A stretch of DNA of 64,000 bases from Bacteroidales bacterium (GCA_017534745.1 JAFXVX010000018.1:1-64000), one strand, 5' to 3'; shown: positions 25,238 through 34,298, numbered from the stretch's first letter. Numbers and translations are program-made. Notes: generated from the letters alone by a model not told the origin.

Positions 25238-27158
25238 GCCGGTCCTTATGGCGGTGGCTGCGGCCGCCGCCATTTCCCTTTCCTGTTCACGGGAGGCTGA
25301 TATGCCGGAAGTTGCTCCTGCCGGCCGACAGGATGCGGCTGCGCAGAAGGGAATTGCAATTTCTTTTTCTGCGGAGGATATGGAGGAGACTCGATCTTCA
25401 GGGGACCGGGTGCCCGTCACTTCGTTCGGAGTGTTCGCCATCGGTTCACTGACGGGAGATGAGGTCATGTCGGACCAGAAGGTGAGCTGGAGCGACGGGG
25501 CATACAGGTACTCTCCGCTCAAGTATTTCCCGGACGGGGGACTTGATTTTATGGCATACGCCCCTTATGGAACGTCCTCCCTGGGATTTTCCTCAGGACC
25601 GGGTCTTCCGCTGGATTTCACTTTCTCCCTGCCGTCTCCTTTGGATGAAGACATAGTCCTTGCCGGGCCGCTCCGCGGGATTGAATCGGACGTTTCGCCG
25701 GTTATCCTTCCGTTCCGGCATCCTTTGACGCGCATAAGGGTCAGTTTTTCGATAAACCGCAGCAGCCTGCCTGTCCCGGAAGGGAAGGGGCTAAGGATAA
25801 CTTCCGTCTCGCTTTCACACTGCATCAGGGAAGGGGAGTTCGATGCCGGAAAGGATGCCTGGACTGGCAAGGGAGGTTTTGTGTCTGCCGTGCAGGAGTG
25901 CAGGACGCTTGCTTCTGCGGAGGGCGCAGTTGAGGCCTGTTCCTTCTACAGCGTTCCTTTCACCGCACCGGAAGGGACAACGCTCCATATTGAGTGGGAG
26001 GCGTTCAATATTGATTCCGACGCGGCAACGAGGCGCTACAGCACCGACGTTGACCTTGCCGGCAGGGATTTTTCCGGGTCGCAGTGCATCACGGCGTCAA
26101 TAGATGCCAGGTGGTACGCCGACACAATAGAATTTGAAGATCCTGAAGCAGAGGCGGCCTGCGTAGCGGCATTTGATGCCGACGGCGACGGGGCTCTCAG
26201 TTATGTCGAGGCTGAGAGCGTAACGGATCTCGGAGACGCCTTCCGCGACAACGACAGGATAAGCCTGTTCAATGAGTTCCGGTATTTTACCGGGCTTACC
26301 CAGATTGAGGGATTCTTTGACGGACCCTTTGCATACATGGATTCCCTAAAGGAAATAACCCTTCCGCCGAATCTGACCGACGTGGGCGGATGGCCTTTCT
26401 GCCATTGTCCCTCACTGGAGAAAATATCTGTCGCCGAGGGCAATCCGAGATATTATTCAGTGGATGGCTGCCTTTTCAACAGCAGGGCGTCGGCAATCAT
26501 AAGGGTTCCGGAGTCGGTCCCTATAGAGAATTTTGAGATTCCGTCAGGTATCCGTACTATTGGCTACGGTTGTTTTGAGGGTAATATGACTATAGAGGAG
26601 CTTACGATAGGCGCTGATGTGACCAGTATAGCGAATGAAAGCCTGAGGATATATAATCTAAGGCGTATAACGGTCGCTCCCGGATCGAGCACTTTCTCCT
26701 CTCCACTGTCCAGCGTTCTGTATTCGATAAACAGTGCCGGGGAGCCCGTTTCACTGGTGCTGATTCCCTCTGAGTCCATGATTTTTTCACTGACTCTTCC
26801 CTCCACCATAAAGTCAATAGGCAATTTTGCCGTTTACGGAGGCGACAATCTCAGAGGACTGACCCTCAACGAGGGGCTTGAGAGCATAGGGATGTATGCC
26901 CTTAACGGAGTGAGTCTGGGGGACCTTGTCATCCCTTCCACGGTCACGTCCATAGGAAAGTGTGCTCTCCGCTATATCACGCTCCGTTCGCTGACTGTCC
27001 TCCCGGAAATTCCCCCCGTGATGGGGGAGTATGCACTTCCCCTCGAATCGGACGACCAGGTCCCACTGTTCCCCGTTTATGTCTCATCCCTGTCTTATAC
27101 AAGCTACCTGCAGGCTCCGGTGTGGGGAACATATCCTTTGCTGAGTTCAAATTTCTGA
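25230..27158 (+). CDS. fimbrillin-like N-terminal domain fused to BspA-type leucine-rich repeats (putative pilus-tip adhesin)
   Basis: 642 aa. N-terminal half is paralogous to the previous gene (FGVFAIG, YSPLKYFP, DFMAYAPY). C-terminal half has repeated xIPxxVTxIGxxAFxxC LRR units (e.g. FEIPSGIRTIGYGCFEGN, LTLPSTIKSIGNFAVYGG). Overlaps the upstream gene by 8 nt. Confidence 0.65.
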   Translation: MCRPVLMAVAAAAAISLSCSREADMPEVAPAGRQDAAAQKGIAISFSAEDMEETRSSGDRVPVTSFGVFAIGSLTGDEVMSDQKVSWSDGAYRYSPLKYFPDGGLDFMAYAPYGTSSLGFSSGPGLPLDFTFSLPSPLDEDIVLAGPLRGIESDVSPVILPFRHPLTRIRVSFSINRSSLPVPEGKGLRITSVSLSHCIREGEFDAGKDAWTGKGGFVSAVQECRTLASAEGAVEACSFYSVPFTAPEGTTLHIEWEAFNIDSDAATRRYSTDVDLAGRDFSGSQCITASIDARWYADTIEFEDPEAEAACVAAFDADGDGALSYVEAESVTDLGDAFRDNDRISLFNEFRYFTGLTQIEGFFDGPFAYMDSLKEITLPPNLTDVGGWPFCHCPSLEKISVAEGNPRYYSVDGCLFNSRASAIIRVPESVPIENFEIPSGIRTIGYGCFEGNMTIEELTIGADVTSIANESLRIYNLRRITVAPGSSTFSSPLSSVLYSINSAGEPVSLVLIPSESMIFSLTLPSTIKSIGNFAVYGGDNLRGLTLNEGLESIGMYALNGVSLGDLVIPSTVTSIGKCALRYITLRSLTVLPEIPPVMGEYALPLESDDQVPLFPVYVSSLSYTSYLQAPVWGTYPLLSSNF

Positions 27159-27222
27159 ATTACTCCCCGTTTTGGAATTTCAAAAAACCTTTTTAACTTT
27201 GCAATCCTTTTCGGGAAGTAAC

Positions 27223-27297
27223 AGGGGCGTAGCTCAGTCGGTTCAGAGCGCTTCAGTCACATTGAAGAGGTCGTCGGTTCGAGCCCGACCGTCCCTA
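27223..27297 (+). tRNA. tRNA-Val (anticodon CAC)
   Basis: Cloverleaf: acceptor AGGGGCG/CGTCCCT (one G-U), D-arm GCTC...GAGC, anticodon stem CTTCA/TGAAG with loop GT-CAC-AT, T-arm GTCGGTTCGAGCCCGAC. The exact 5' end is uncertain by 1 nt. Confidence 0.8.
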
Positions 27298-27299
27298 CA

Positions 27300-27347
27300 G
27301 GAGGGATGAGAGCAAAATTCGCTCTCATCCCTCCTTCCTTATTATTT
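27300..27347 (+). terminator. perfect 14-bp-stem hairpin (GGAGGGATGAGAGC / GCTCTCATCCCTCC) followed by a T-rich tail; terminator of tRNA-Val
   Basis: Seen directly in the sequence immediately after the tRNA discriminator base. Confidence 0.6.
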
Positions 27348-27426
27348 CAGTCAGGCAAGAGGTGTTGTTGTGAAAGTGAAGGGAAAAAACTATATTTGCG
27401 AAAATTATACACTTAAACACTTGACT

Positions 27427-28119
27427 ATGAAACGTATTTTCTGGCTTCTTGCCATCTCAGCGCTCTTCCTTGGCGCATGCAAAAAGGACAAGAACAAAGG
27501 CGACGCTCCCCTCGTCGTCAACCCCTACGACCTGGTCGGTTCCTGGCTCTGTACTGACTATATCGATCCCGAGGGCGAACACCAACCGGATGCTGCTTCC
27601 CTCGAATCCCTACTCTTCAGCATCAAAGATCTGACTTTCTATGCTCCCTATTTTCAAGGTGGGAAATATACCTTTGAAAACTTTAAGGTCGATGGGAACA
27701 AACTTATTCTTGCCGAAGGAAGTGAGATGGAAATGATCCTCCATGTAAAGGCACTTGACGGAAAGCACCTGAGCTGGATTCAGTATGTGGACGAAAAGAA
27801 TTTCGTCCAGGAATCCTACATCAATGTTTCCCGCCTCCTCCCTGGAAAATGGACGGTCAATTATCCGGATGGCTCCACCACCGCCACCATTGACGCCAAG
27901 GGATCCTTTGTTGAGGAATATCACACAGAAGAGCCTCAGACTGTCAATTGCGAATGGTTGCTTTCCCACAAGGACAATAAGCTTTCCATACTTGTCTGGG
28001 AGGTTGATAGAGATGCGGATCTCTGGGAAACTGAATACACTATCCTCTCCATGACCGACGATCGCATTGAGACCAAGCAGTCGAAGACCGACGCTAATGT
28101 AGTGTTCGTGCGGCAGTAA
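27427..28119 (+). CDS. lipoprotein, unknown function
   Basis: Start chosen at MKRIFWLLAISALFLGAC-K (lipoprotein signal). This gives 230 aa. The longer ORF-track start lies upstream of the signal peptide. Confidence 0.55.
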   Translation: MKRIFWLLAISALFLGACKKDKNKGDAPLVVNPYDLVGSWLCTDYIDPEGEHQPDAASLESLLFSIKDLTFYAPYFQGGKYTFENFKVDGNKLILAEGSEMEMILHVKALDGKHLSWIQYVDEKNFVQESYINVSRLLPGKWTVNYPDGSTTATIDAKGSFVEEYHTEEPQTVNCEWLLSHKDNKLSILVWEVDRDADLWETEYTILSMTDDRIETKQSKTDANVVFVRQ

Positions 28120-28140
28120 TCCTGCTCCTCCGCATAAAAA

Positions 28141-28166
28141 CGGCGCTCTTTCGAGTGCCGTTTTTT
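28141..28166 (+). terminator. rho-independent terminator (CGGCGCTC/GAGTGCCG stem plus T6)
   Basis: Hairpin with one G-U pair followed by TTTTTT, 22 nt after the stop of the lipoprotein gene. Confidence 0.5.
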
Positions 28167-28289
28167 AATGCGACAAGCCACTGCAGTGGCTTGTCGCATA
28201 TTTGAAATTTTTTGACGAAAAACGAAATCTTTTTACGTTTTTAGAAATTTTTTATATATTTGCGGTGTGAAACCATAAACAACAAAGCC

Positions 28290-28922
28290 ATGATAGCGAT
28301 TTGGTGGACGTCTATGAGCGTCTTTATGAAAATCCTCTGGGGAATCACACTTACCGCTTCCCTGATTTTTATCATCCAGACCGTGATGACCTTCATCGGG
28401 GCCGACACGGGCGGGATGGACACCGACTTCGACGGCGACATGAGCGGGGATGTCCCCGACGCAGGCGTCGATGCCGGCGACCCTTCCGACCTCGGACACA
28501 CCGGGATGAACCTCTACACCTTCCGTAACCTCATCAACTTCCTGATCGGTTTCGGTTGGTCGGCCATCCTGCTAAGTCCCGTCATCTCCTCCACGGCAGT
28601 GCTCGTCCTTATCGCCACTCTCGTCGGCGTAGGACTCGTCGTTGCCGTGATGTACCTGTTCAAGTGGCTGAGCTCAATGCAGCAGTCCGGGACCATCAAC
28701 CTCTATAAATCCGCCATCGGCTGCCAGGGCAGCGTGTACTTCCCCATCCCGGGACACCGCGCCGGCGAAGGCAAGGTCCAGGTGACCATCAACAATTCCG
28801 TGCGCGAGTATGCAGCCCTCACTGACGGTGAGGCCCTCAAGACCGGGGACCAGATCCGTATCGTCGAAGTCATCAGCGACAGCACAGTGCTCGTCGAACC
28901 TGTAGAATCAATCATCATCTAA
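28290..28922 (+). CDS. NfeD-like membrane protein (flotillin-associated; YqiJ/YuaF-like)
   Basis: N-terminal TM helices, an acidic linker, and a C-terminal OB-fold-like region (KVQVTINNSVREYAALTDGEALKTGDQIRIVEV). Immediately upstream of a flotillin gene. Start at the internal ATG (MIAIWW) is preferred because the -7-like TATATTTG at 28255-28262 would lie inside the longer ORF. Confidence 0.65.
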   Translation: MIAIWWTSMSVFMKILWGITLTASLIFIIQTVMTFIGADTGGMDTDFDGDMSGDVPDAGVDAGDPSDLGHTGMNLYTFRNLINFLIGFGWSAILLSPVISSTAVLVLIATLVGVGLVVAVMYLFKWLSSMQQSGTINLYKSAIGCQGSVYFPIPGHRAGEGKVQVTINNSVREYAALTDGEALKTGDQIRIVEVISDSTVLVEPVESIII

Positions 28923-28934
28923 AACTATAAAGCA

Positions 28935-30341
28935 ATGGGAATCTATCTTATCCTCATCGTCGTCGTAGTGCTCATCGTGACCCTCGCCGCGATACTAAAG
29001 CGCTACAAACGCTGCCCTTCCGACAAGATCCTCGTCATCTACGGTAAGACCGGCAGAAACGCTTCCGCAAAATGCGTCCACGGCGGCGCGGCCTTCATCT
29101 GGCCCGTCTTCCAGAACTACGCATTCCTCGACCTCACTCCGATTTCCATCGAGTGCAACCTGACCAACGCGCTTTCCAAGCAGAACATCCGCGTCGATGT
29201 CCCCTGCCGCTTCACCGTCGGTATCTCGACCGACACTGACAGCATGACGAACGCCGCTGAGCGCCTCCTCGGCCTCACGACCGCCGCCATCCAGAACATC
29301 GCGACCGATATCCTCTTCGGCCAGCTGCGTCTTGTCATCGCCACGATGGACATCGAGGAGATCAACGCCGACCGCGACAAGTTCCTCGCCAACGTTTCCA
29401 CCAACGTTGAAGCTGAGCTCCGCAAGATCGGCCTCAAGCTCATCAACGTCAACGTGACCGATATCCGCGACGAGTCCGGATACATCGAGGCCCTCGGTAA
29501 GGAAGCTGCCGCCAAGGCTATCAACGACGCCAAGAAGAGCGTCGCCGAGCAGAACCGCTACGGTGAGATCGGTAAGGCCGAAGCCGACAGGGACAAGGAC
29601 ATCCGTATCGCCGAGACAGCCCGTGACACCCGTATCAAGACCGCCGACGCCAACGCGAAGGCCGTCGAGGGTGAGAACAGCGCCAAGATCTCCATCGCCA
29701 ACTCCGACGCTCTGCGTCGTGAGAAGGAAGCCGAGGCCGCCCGCATCGCGGTCGCTGCCGAGAAGGTCCAGGCCGCCAAGGCCCTCGAGGAGGCATACAA
29801 GAGCGAGCGCGACGCTGAGCTCGCCCGCGCCGACAGGGAGAAGGCGACCCAGCAGGCCAACATCGTCGTTCCCGCTGAGATCGACAAGCAGAAAGCCATC
29901 ATCAACGCCGAAGCTGAGGCCGAGAAGGTCCGCAGGCTCGCCAAGGGTGAGGCAGACGCCATCTATGCAAAGATGGACGCCCGCGCCCGCGGTCTCCTCG
30001 AGATCCTCTCCAAGCAGGCGGAAGGTTTCGGCCAGGTGGTCAACGCCGCGGCCGGAGACCCTCAGAAGGCTGTTCTCCTTATGATTGCGGACAAGCTCCC
30101 CGAGCTCGTCAAGACCCAGGTCGAAGCCGTCAAGGGCATCAACATCGACAAGGTCACTGTCTGGGACGGAGGCAATTCCGCCGACGGCAAGACCGCGACT
30201 TCCAACTTCATCTCCGGTATGATGAAGTCCGTACCTCCGCTTGACGACCTGTTCAAGATGGCCGGCATGGAGCTCCCGACCTACCTCAAGGGTAAAGAAG
30301 AAGAGCCGAAAAAGCCCGCCGTCCCTGAAAAGAAGAAGTAA
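28935..30341 (+). CDS. flotillin-like SPFH/Band-7 domain protein
   Basis: 468 aa with an N-terminal TM helix, SPFH domain and a long Ala/Glu/Lys-rich coiled-coil (EAEAARIAVAAEKVQAAKALEEAYK). Typical YqiK/FloT architecture. Confidence 0.85.
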   Translation: MGIYLILIVVVVLIVTLAAILKRYKRCPSDKILVIYGKTGRNASAKCVHGGAAFIWPVFQNYAFLDLTPISIECNLTNALSKQNIRVDVPCRFTVGISTDTDSMTNAAERLLGLTTAAIQNIATDILFGQLRLVIATMDIEEINADRDKFLANVSTNVEAELRKIGLKLINVNVTDIRDESGYIEALGKEAAAKAINDAKKSVAEQNRYGEIGKAEADRDKDIRIAETARDTRIKTADANAKAVEGENSAKISIANSDALRREKEAEAARIAVAAEKVQAAKALEEAYKSERDAELARADREKATQQANIVVPAEIDKQKAIINAEAEAEKVRRLAKGEADAIYAKMDARARGLLEILSKQAEGFGQVVNAAAGDPQKAVLLMIADKLPELVKTQVEAVKGINIDKVTVWDGGNSADGKTATSNFISGMMKSVPPLDDLFKMAGMELPTYLKGKEEEPKKPAVPEKKK

Positions 30342-30343
30342 TC

Positions 30344-30550
30344 ATGTCCATAGTCGTCAACATAGACAAGCTGATCCTCAGGAAGATGACTTCCCGTGAA
30401 CTGGCCGAAAAGAGTGGTATAGCTGAGGCTAAACTATCAATCCTCAAGACCGGGAAGGCAAATGCCATACGCTTCTCTACCCTGGAAGCTCTCTGTAAGG
30501 CGCTTGAATGCCAACCGGGCGACATATTGGAATACTCCGAGGAGGAATAA
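30344..30550 (+). CDS. small XRE-family helix-turn-helix transcriptional regulator
   Basis: 68 aa. LRKMTSRELAEKSGIAEAKLSILKTGKANAIRFSTLEALCKAL is a Cro/C1-type HTH. Starts 2 nt after the flotillin stop. Confidence 0.7.
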   Translation: MSIVVNIDKLILRKMTSRELAEKSGIAEAKLSILKTGKANAIRFSTLEALCKALECQPGDILEYSEEE

Positions 30551-30571
30551 TCCTCCCTTACTCACGAAAAA

Positions 30572-30599
30572 GCCGGTCCTTCGGGGCCGGCTCTTTTTA
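30572..30599. terminator. bidirectional terminator hairpin (AGCCGGTCC...GGGCCGGCT) flanked by an A-tract and a T-tract, between convergent genes
   Basis: Seen directly in the sequence between the XRE gene stop (30550) and the DUF1343 gene stop (30597). Confidence 0.5.
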
Positions 30600-31661
30600 T
30601 TTCATCCTGTAGGGCGGATCGTCGTAGAGGAGGAAGCGTTTGGCTTTGCGTATCCACTTCTGCTCCTCGGTCTTGACGTGTTCGATGGCGTCCTGGAAGG
30701 ATATCTCGTCGTCGATGTAGGCTTCGAGGGCCGGGTCCGCCAGCTTGAGACGGAACTCGTCCGATAGCTCGAACTGCGAATAGCGGTCCCTGAAGTAACG
30801 GATGAGACGCACTGTGTGGAGGAGTGAGTGGTAGGGCTCGCCGGTCAGGATGAGCTGGTAACCATAACAGCGTTCTCCGGCGTATTGGCCGCAGGACGGG
30901 GTAAAACTGCAGGGGCGCATAATTACGCCCTTTGGAGAAGGGACATTATCGTAGGGGCCTGTCTTGATGAACGGCGCTCCTATGTACTCGTAGGGCCTTG
31001 CGGTGCCGATTGCGGGAGTGATGGTCGTGTTGTTCCACAGACCGCCGCCGCTGTAAACGAGGCAGGTGAAAAGACCCGGTATATCGGAGGCCGGGGCAAT
31101 CGTCCAGGGCATCAGCTGACGGTTGGCCTCGCTGGCTGACGCCGAGATGACGTGAAGTGGGAAACCTGCCGAAATCTCATTGTGGTAGAGGAAGCAGAGC
31201 TCACCGAGGGTGAGCCCGTGCCTGTGGGCCACTTTGGGGACGTGCATCTCGCTTTTGCCGGCAGGCATGCTGCCTTCTACGGCCCTGCCGGCAGGGTTGA
31301 CGTGATCCACAATATACAGCGACGGGGCGTCGTCTCCGAGCAGATGGAGCATCTCCATCAGCCGGAGAACATCCCTTGTGTAGTTGAAATAGCGGCTGCC
31401 GACATCCTGTATCTCCACGACGACTGCGCTCAGGCCTGCTATCTCGTCCGGGCCGAACTCGATGTGGTTGGTCAGCGGGGTGAGCTCGGGGTCCCTCGGG
31501 GAGAACACTTTCGCGAGGTTTCCTCTCTCGCGAAAGATGTCACTGAGGTAACGCCCGCGGGCGGTGTCGTAGCTGTTCTGCGTGCAGAAACAGCCCACAC
31601 GGCCTTCGGTGAGGGATTTGTCGAGCTGGTCCTCGATGGGGGTTGTCCGGAATGAGAACAT
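30597..31661 (-). CDS. DUF1343 family protein (NamZ-like exo-beta-N-acetylmuramidase candidate)
   Basis: 354 aa. The domain is recognised by overall similarity to the YzbB/NamZ family (conserved His/Asp-rich core), not by a searched match. Confidence 0.6.
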   Translation of the reverse strand: MFSFRTTPIEDQLDKSLTEGRVGCFCTQNSYDTARGRYLSDIFRERGNLAKVFSPRDPELTPLTNHIEFGPDEIAGLSAVVVEIQDVGSRYFNYTRDVLRLMEMLHLLGDDAPSLYIVDHVNPAGRAVEGSMPAGKSEMHVPKVAHRHGLTLGELCFLYHNEISAGFPLHVISASASEANRQLMPWTIAPASDIPGLFTCLVYSGGGLWNNTTITPAIGTARPYEYIGAPFIKTGPYDNVPSPKGVIMRPCSFTPSCGQYAGERCYGYQLILTGEPYHSLLHTVRLIRYFRDRYSQFELSDEFRLKLADPALEAYIDDEISFQDAIEHVKTEEQKWIRKAKRFLLYDDPPYRMK

Positions 31662-33070
31662 CAGATGAGCGACTCGGCGACCTTGATTATCTCCTTGCCG
31701 AGGGCGTCGGCCGCTTCCTCGGTCGGGGCCTCGGAATAAATGCGGATGATGGGCTCGGTGTTGGACTTGCGCAGGTGGACCCAGGTGCGGTCCTTCTCGA
31801 AGGAAATTTTGACGCCGTCGATGTCGTTGACATCTTCGGATGCGTATTTCTCCTTGAGGGATGCGAGGATACGGCCAATCGCAGCCGGATCGGAAAGCTC
31901 CATCCTGTTTTTGGCGATGAAATACTGCGGGTAAGTCTTTTTGAGCTCGCTGACTTTCATCTTCTTATGCGCAAGATTGGAGAGGAACAGGGCGGTCCCG
32001 ACCATCGCGTCGCGACCGGCGTGGATGGCGGGATAGATCACTCCGCCGTTGCCTTCGCCGCCGATCAGGGCGCCTTCCTTGTGCATAAGGGTCGTCACGT
32101 TGACCTCGCCGACAGCGGAGGCGTAGTACTTGCCGCCGTATTTCTCCGTCACGTCCCTGAGGGCCCTGGAGGATGAAAGGTTTGAGACTGTGACTATCTT
32201 CTCGCCCTTTGCCTTCGCCAGAGAGCATAGATAGTCGGCCACGCTGACAAGGGTGTACTCCTCGACGAAAGGCTTGCCGTCCTCGCAGATGAAAGCAAGA
32301 CGATCGACATCCGGGTCCACCGAGATGCCGAGGTCAGCCTTCTCGCGGACTACGGTCTCGGAAAGATCCTTTAGGTTCGCCGGAAGCGGCTCCGGGTTGT
32401 GGGCGAAGTCGCCCGTCGGGTTGCAGTTGAGCTCTATACATTTGACACCCAGGCGCTTAAGTAGCCTCGGCATTATGATGCCGCCGACAGAGTTGATGGC
32501 GTCAACCACGACGGTGAAATGAGCTGCCTTGACGGCTTCTATGTCCACCGCCTCCATTGCAAGGACCGCATCCAGATGCGCGTCGGTGAAATCCTCATCG
32601 GTCACGGTGCCGAGATCATCGACCTCCGCGAAGGAGAAGTCTCCCTTCTCCGCGAGGTCGAGAACAGCCTGCCCCTCGGCAGCGGTGAGGAATTCGCCTT
32701 TGTCATTGAGGAGTTTGAGGGCGTTCCACTGGCGGGGATTATGGGAGGCTGTCAGGATGATGCCGCCGTCGGCTTCGGAGAACAGCACGGCCATCTCGGT
32801 CGTAGGCGTCGAGGCGAACCCGCATCTGACCACATCTATTCCGCAGGAAATCAGCGTCCCGACGACAAGATTCTCCACCATGTCGCCGGACAGGCGCGCA
32901 TCCTTTCCGACAACAATCTTATAACGCGCACCGTTGGGGGCAGGCTTACGGCCCGGCAGGGTCGCCGCATAGGCATAGGTGAATTTCACAATGTCGATGG
33001 GGGTCAGGGCATTGCCGGGAGCGCCTCCGATGGTGCCGCGAATGCCGGAGATGGATTTGATGAGGGTCAT
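31661..33070 (-). CDS. glmM: phosphoglucosamine mutase
   Basis: 469 aa with SGIRG N-terminal motif, active-site TASHNP phosphoserine loop, GDGDADR-like metal-binding region (DPDVDR) and sugar-binding GGEGNGG. Confidence 0.9.
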   Translation of the reverse strand: MTLIKSISGIRGTIGGAPGNALTPIDIVKFTYAYAATLPGRKPAPNGARYKIVVGKDARLSGDMVENLVVGTLISCGIDVVRCGFASTPTTEMAVLFSEADGGIILTASHNPRQWNALKLLNDKGEFLTAAEGQAVLDLAEKGDFSFAEVDDLGTVTDEDFTDAHLDAVLAMEAVDIEAVKAAHFTVVVDAINSVGGIIMPRLLKRLGVKCIELNCNPTGDFAHNPEPLPANLKDLSETVVREKADLGISVDPDVDRLAFICEDGKPFVEEYTLVSVADYLCSLAKAKGEKIVTVSNLSSSRALRDVTEKYGGKYYASAVGEVNVTTLMHKEGALIGGEGNGGVIYPAIHAGRDAMVGTALFLSNLAHKKMKVSELKKTYPQYFIAKNRMELSDPAAIGRILASLKEKYASEDVNDIDGVKISFEKDRTWVHLRKSNTEPIIRIYSEAPTEEAADALGKEIIKVAESLI

Positions 33071-33161
33071 TGTAAAATAATTTTCGGTTGAGTTTTCAAA
33101 TTTACAAAAAAAATTTGCAGGGAAAAATAATTTTCATACCTTTGCAGTCCCAACCGGAAAT

Positions 33162-33236
33162 GCTGGGTTCGTATAACGGTTAGTACTCAAGATTCTCAAT
33201 CTTGCAATAGGAGTTCGATTCTCCTACCCAGTACCA
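33162..33236 (+). tRNA. tRNA-Glu (anticodon CUC), CCA encoded
   Basis: GCTGGGT/ACCCAGT acceptor (G1-U72), short D-stem, anticodon stem CAAGA/TCTTG with loop TT-CTC-AA, T-arm AGGAGTTCGATTCTCCT, 3' ACCA. Confidence 0.7.
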
Positions 33237-33252
33237 AAGCGGCGAGCAATTT

Positions 33253-34293
33253 TTGCCCGCCGCTTTTTCTGTGTATATTTGCACCGTGAAAAGATTGGCG
33301 GTTATATTGCTCGCAGTGGCGGCGTGTTCGAGGATTGCGGCTCCGGAGGCAGGGGAGGATGCGCAGTTCTTCGAAATCCTGGAGGGGGAGATGCCTGCGG
33401 TCGTGACGGTCTCGCCGTACGGTGGAGTCCGCGACACGCTCTGGGTTGAGCGGCCCTTCGGCAGCATCGTCTGCGCCTCGTCGTCGTATGTGGCATGCCT
33501 TTCGGCCGTCGGCTGCGATTCCGTCGTGACCGGCGTCTCAGGCCTGCGATACCTTGCCAACGACAAGGTCAAAGCCGTCGAAGTCGGCTACGACTATGCC
33601 CCGGACTATGAGGCCGTCCTGAATCTCAAGCCCGACCTCGTTGTCGCCTACGCGACCTCCGCTGTGCTCCCGGAGCCGGTCTCATTTCTCCGCTCGGCAG
33701 GGATAAAGGTTCTGGTCCTATACGATCATCTTGAGACTCACCCTCTTGCGAGAGCATCGTACGTCCGGCTCTTCGGAGCGCTGACAGGGCGTCTTGAGGA
33801 AGCGGAGGAGTTCTACACGAAAGTCTCAGAGGCTTACCATGCCATGGTCCGCAAACCGGACGTGTGCAAAAAGGTTCTGGTCAACATCCCTTACGGCGAC
33901 CGCTGGTTCATCCCCGGTGGCGCCAACTGGTTCACCCGCCTGGTGGAGGACGCCGGTGGCGAGGTGCTCGGCGCGGCGGAAGGGGAGAGTTCTTCGTCCG
34001 TCGTTTCGCTGGAGAAAGCCCGCGAGCTTGCCGGCATCGCCGACGTATGGCTGAACCCCGGCCTATGCCGGACCCGTGAGGATATTGCAAGGGTCAGCCC
34101 TGTATTCAAAGATGTGGATATACCTATTATATACAATAATATCAGGCGTCTCGGGGATGGTGGGGGCAACGATTTCTGGGAGAGCGGAGCCGTCAGGCCG
34201 GATCTGATTCTGTCCGATCTGGTACTTATTTTGCAGGAAAACGCCCCGGTTCCGCCGGACAGCCTGCGTTATTACATAAAGGTGGCGGATTAA
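33253..34293 (+). CDS. periplasmic binding protein of the class III (BtuF/FhuD-like) family for a cobalamin/iron-siderophore-type ABC transporter; lipoprotein
   Basis: Lipoprotein signal (ILLAVAAC-S) and two-lobed PBP architecture (KPDLVVAY...IKVLVLYD). The true start may be the GTG at 33286, because a TATATTTG -7-like motif sits at 33274-33281. No permease or ATPase gene is adjacent. Confidence 0.65.
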   Translation: MPAAFSVYICTVKRLAVILLAVAACSRIAAPEAGEDAQFFEILEGEMPAVVTVSPYGGVRDTLWVERPFGSIVCASSSYVACLSAVGCDSVVTGVSGLRYLANDKVKAVEVGYDYAPDYEAVLNLKPDLVVAYATSAVLPEPVSFLRSAGIKVLVLYDHLETHPLARASYVRLFGALTGRLEEAEEFYTKVSEAYHAMVRKPDVCKKVLVNIPYGDRWFIPGGANWFTRLVEDAGGEVLGAAEGESSSSVVSLEKARELAGIADVWLNPGLCRTREDIARVSPVFKDVDIPIIYNNIRRLGDGGGNDFWESGAVRPDLILSDLVLILQENAPVPPDSLRYYIKVAD

Positions 34294-34298
34294 AACTA

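Noticed and set aside
33180-33572. 130-aa minus-strand ORF overlapping tRNA-Glu and the binding-protein gene
   Set aside because: It overlaps a clear tRNA and the 5' end of a well-formed lipoprotein gene, and has no signal of its own.
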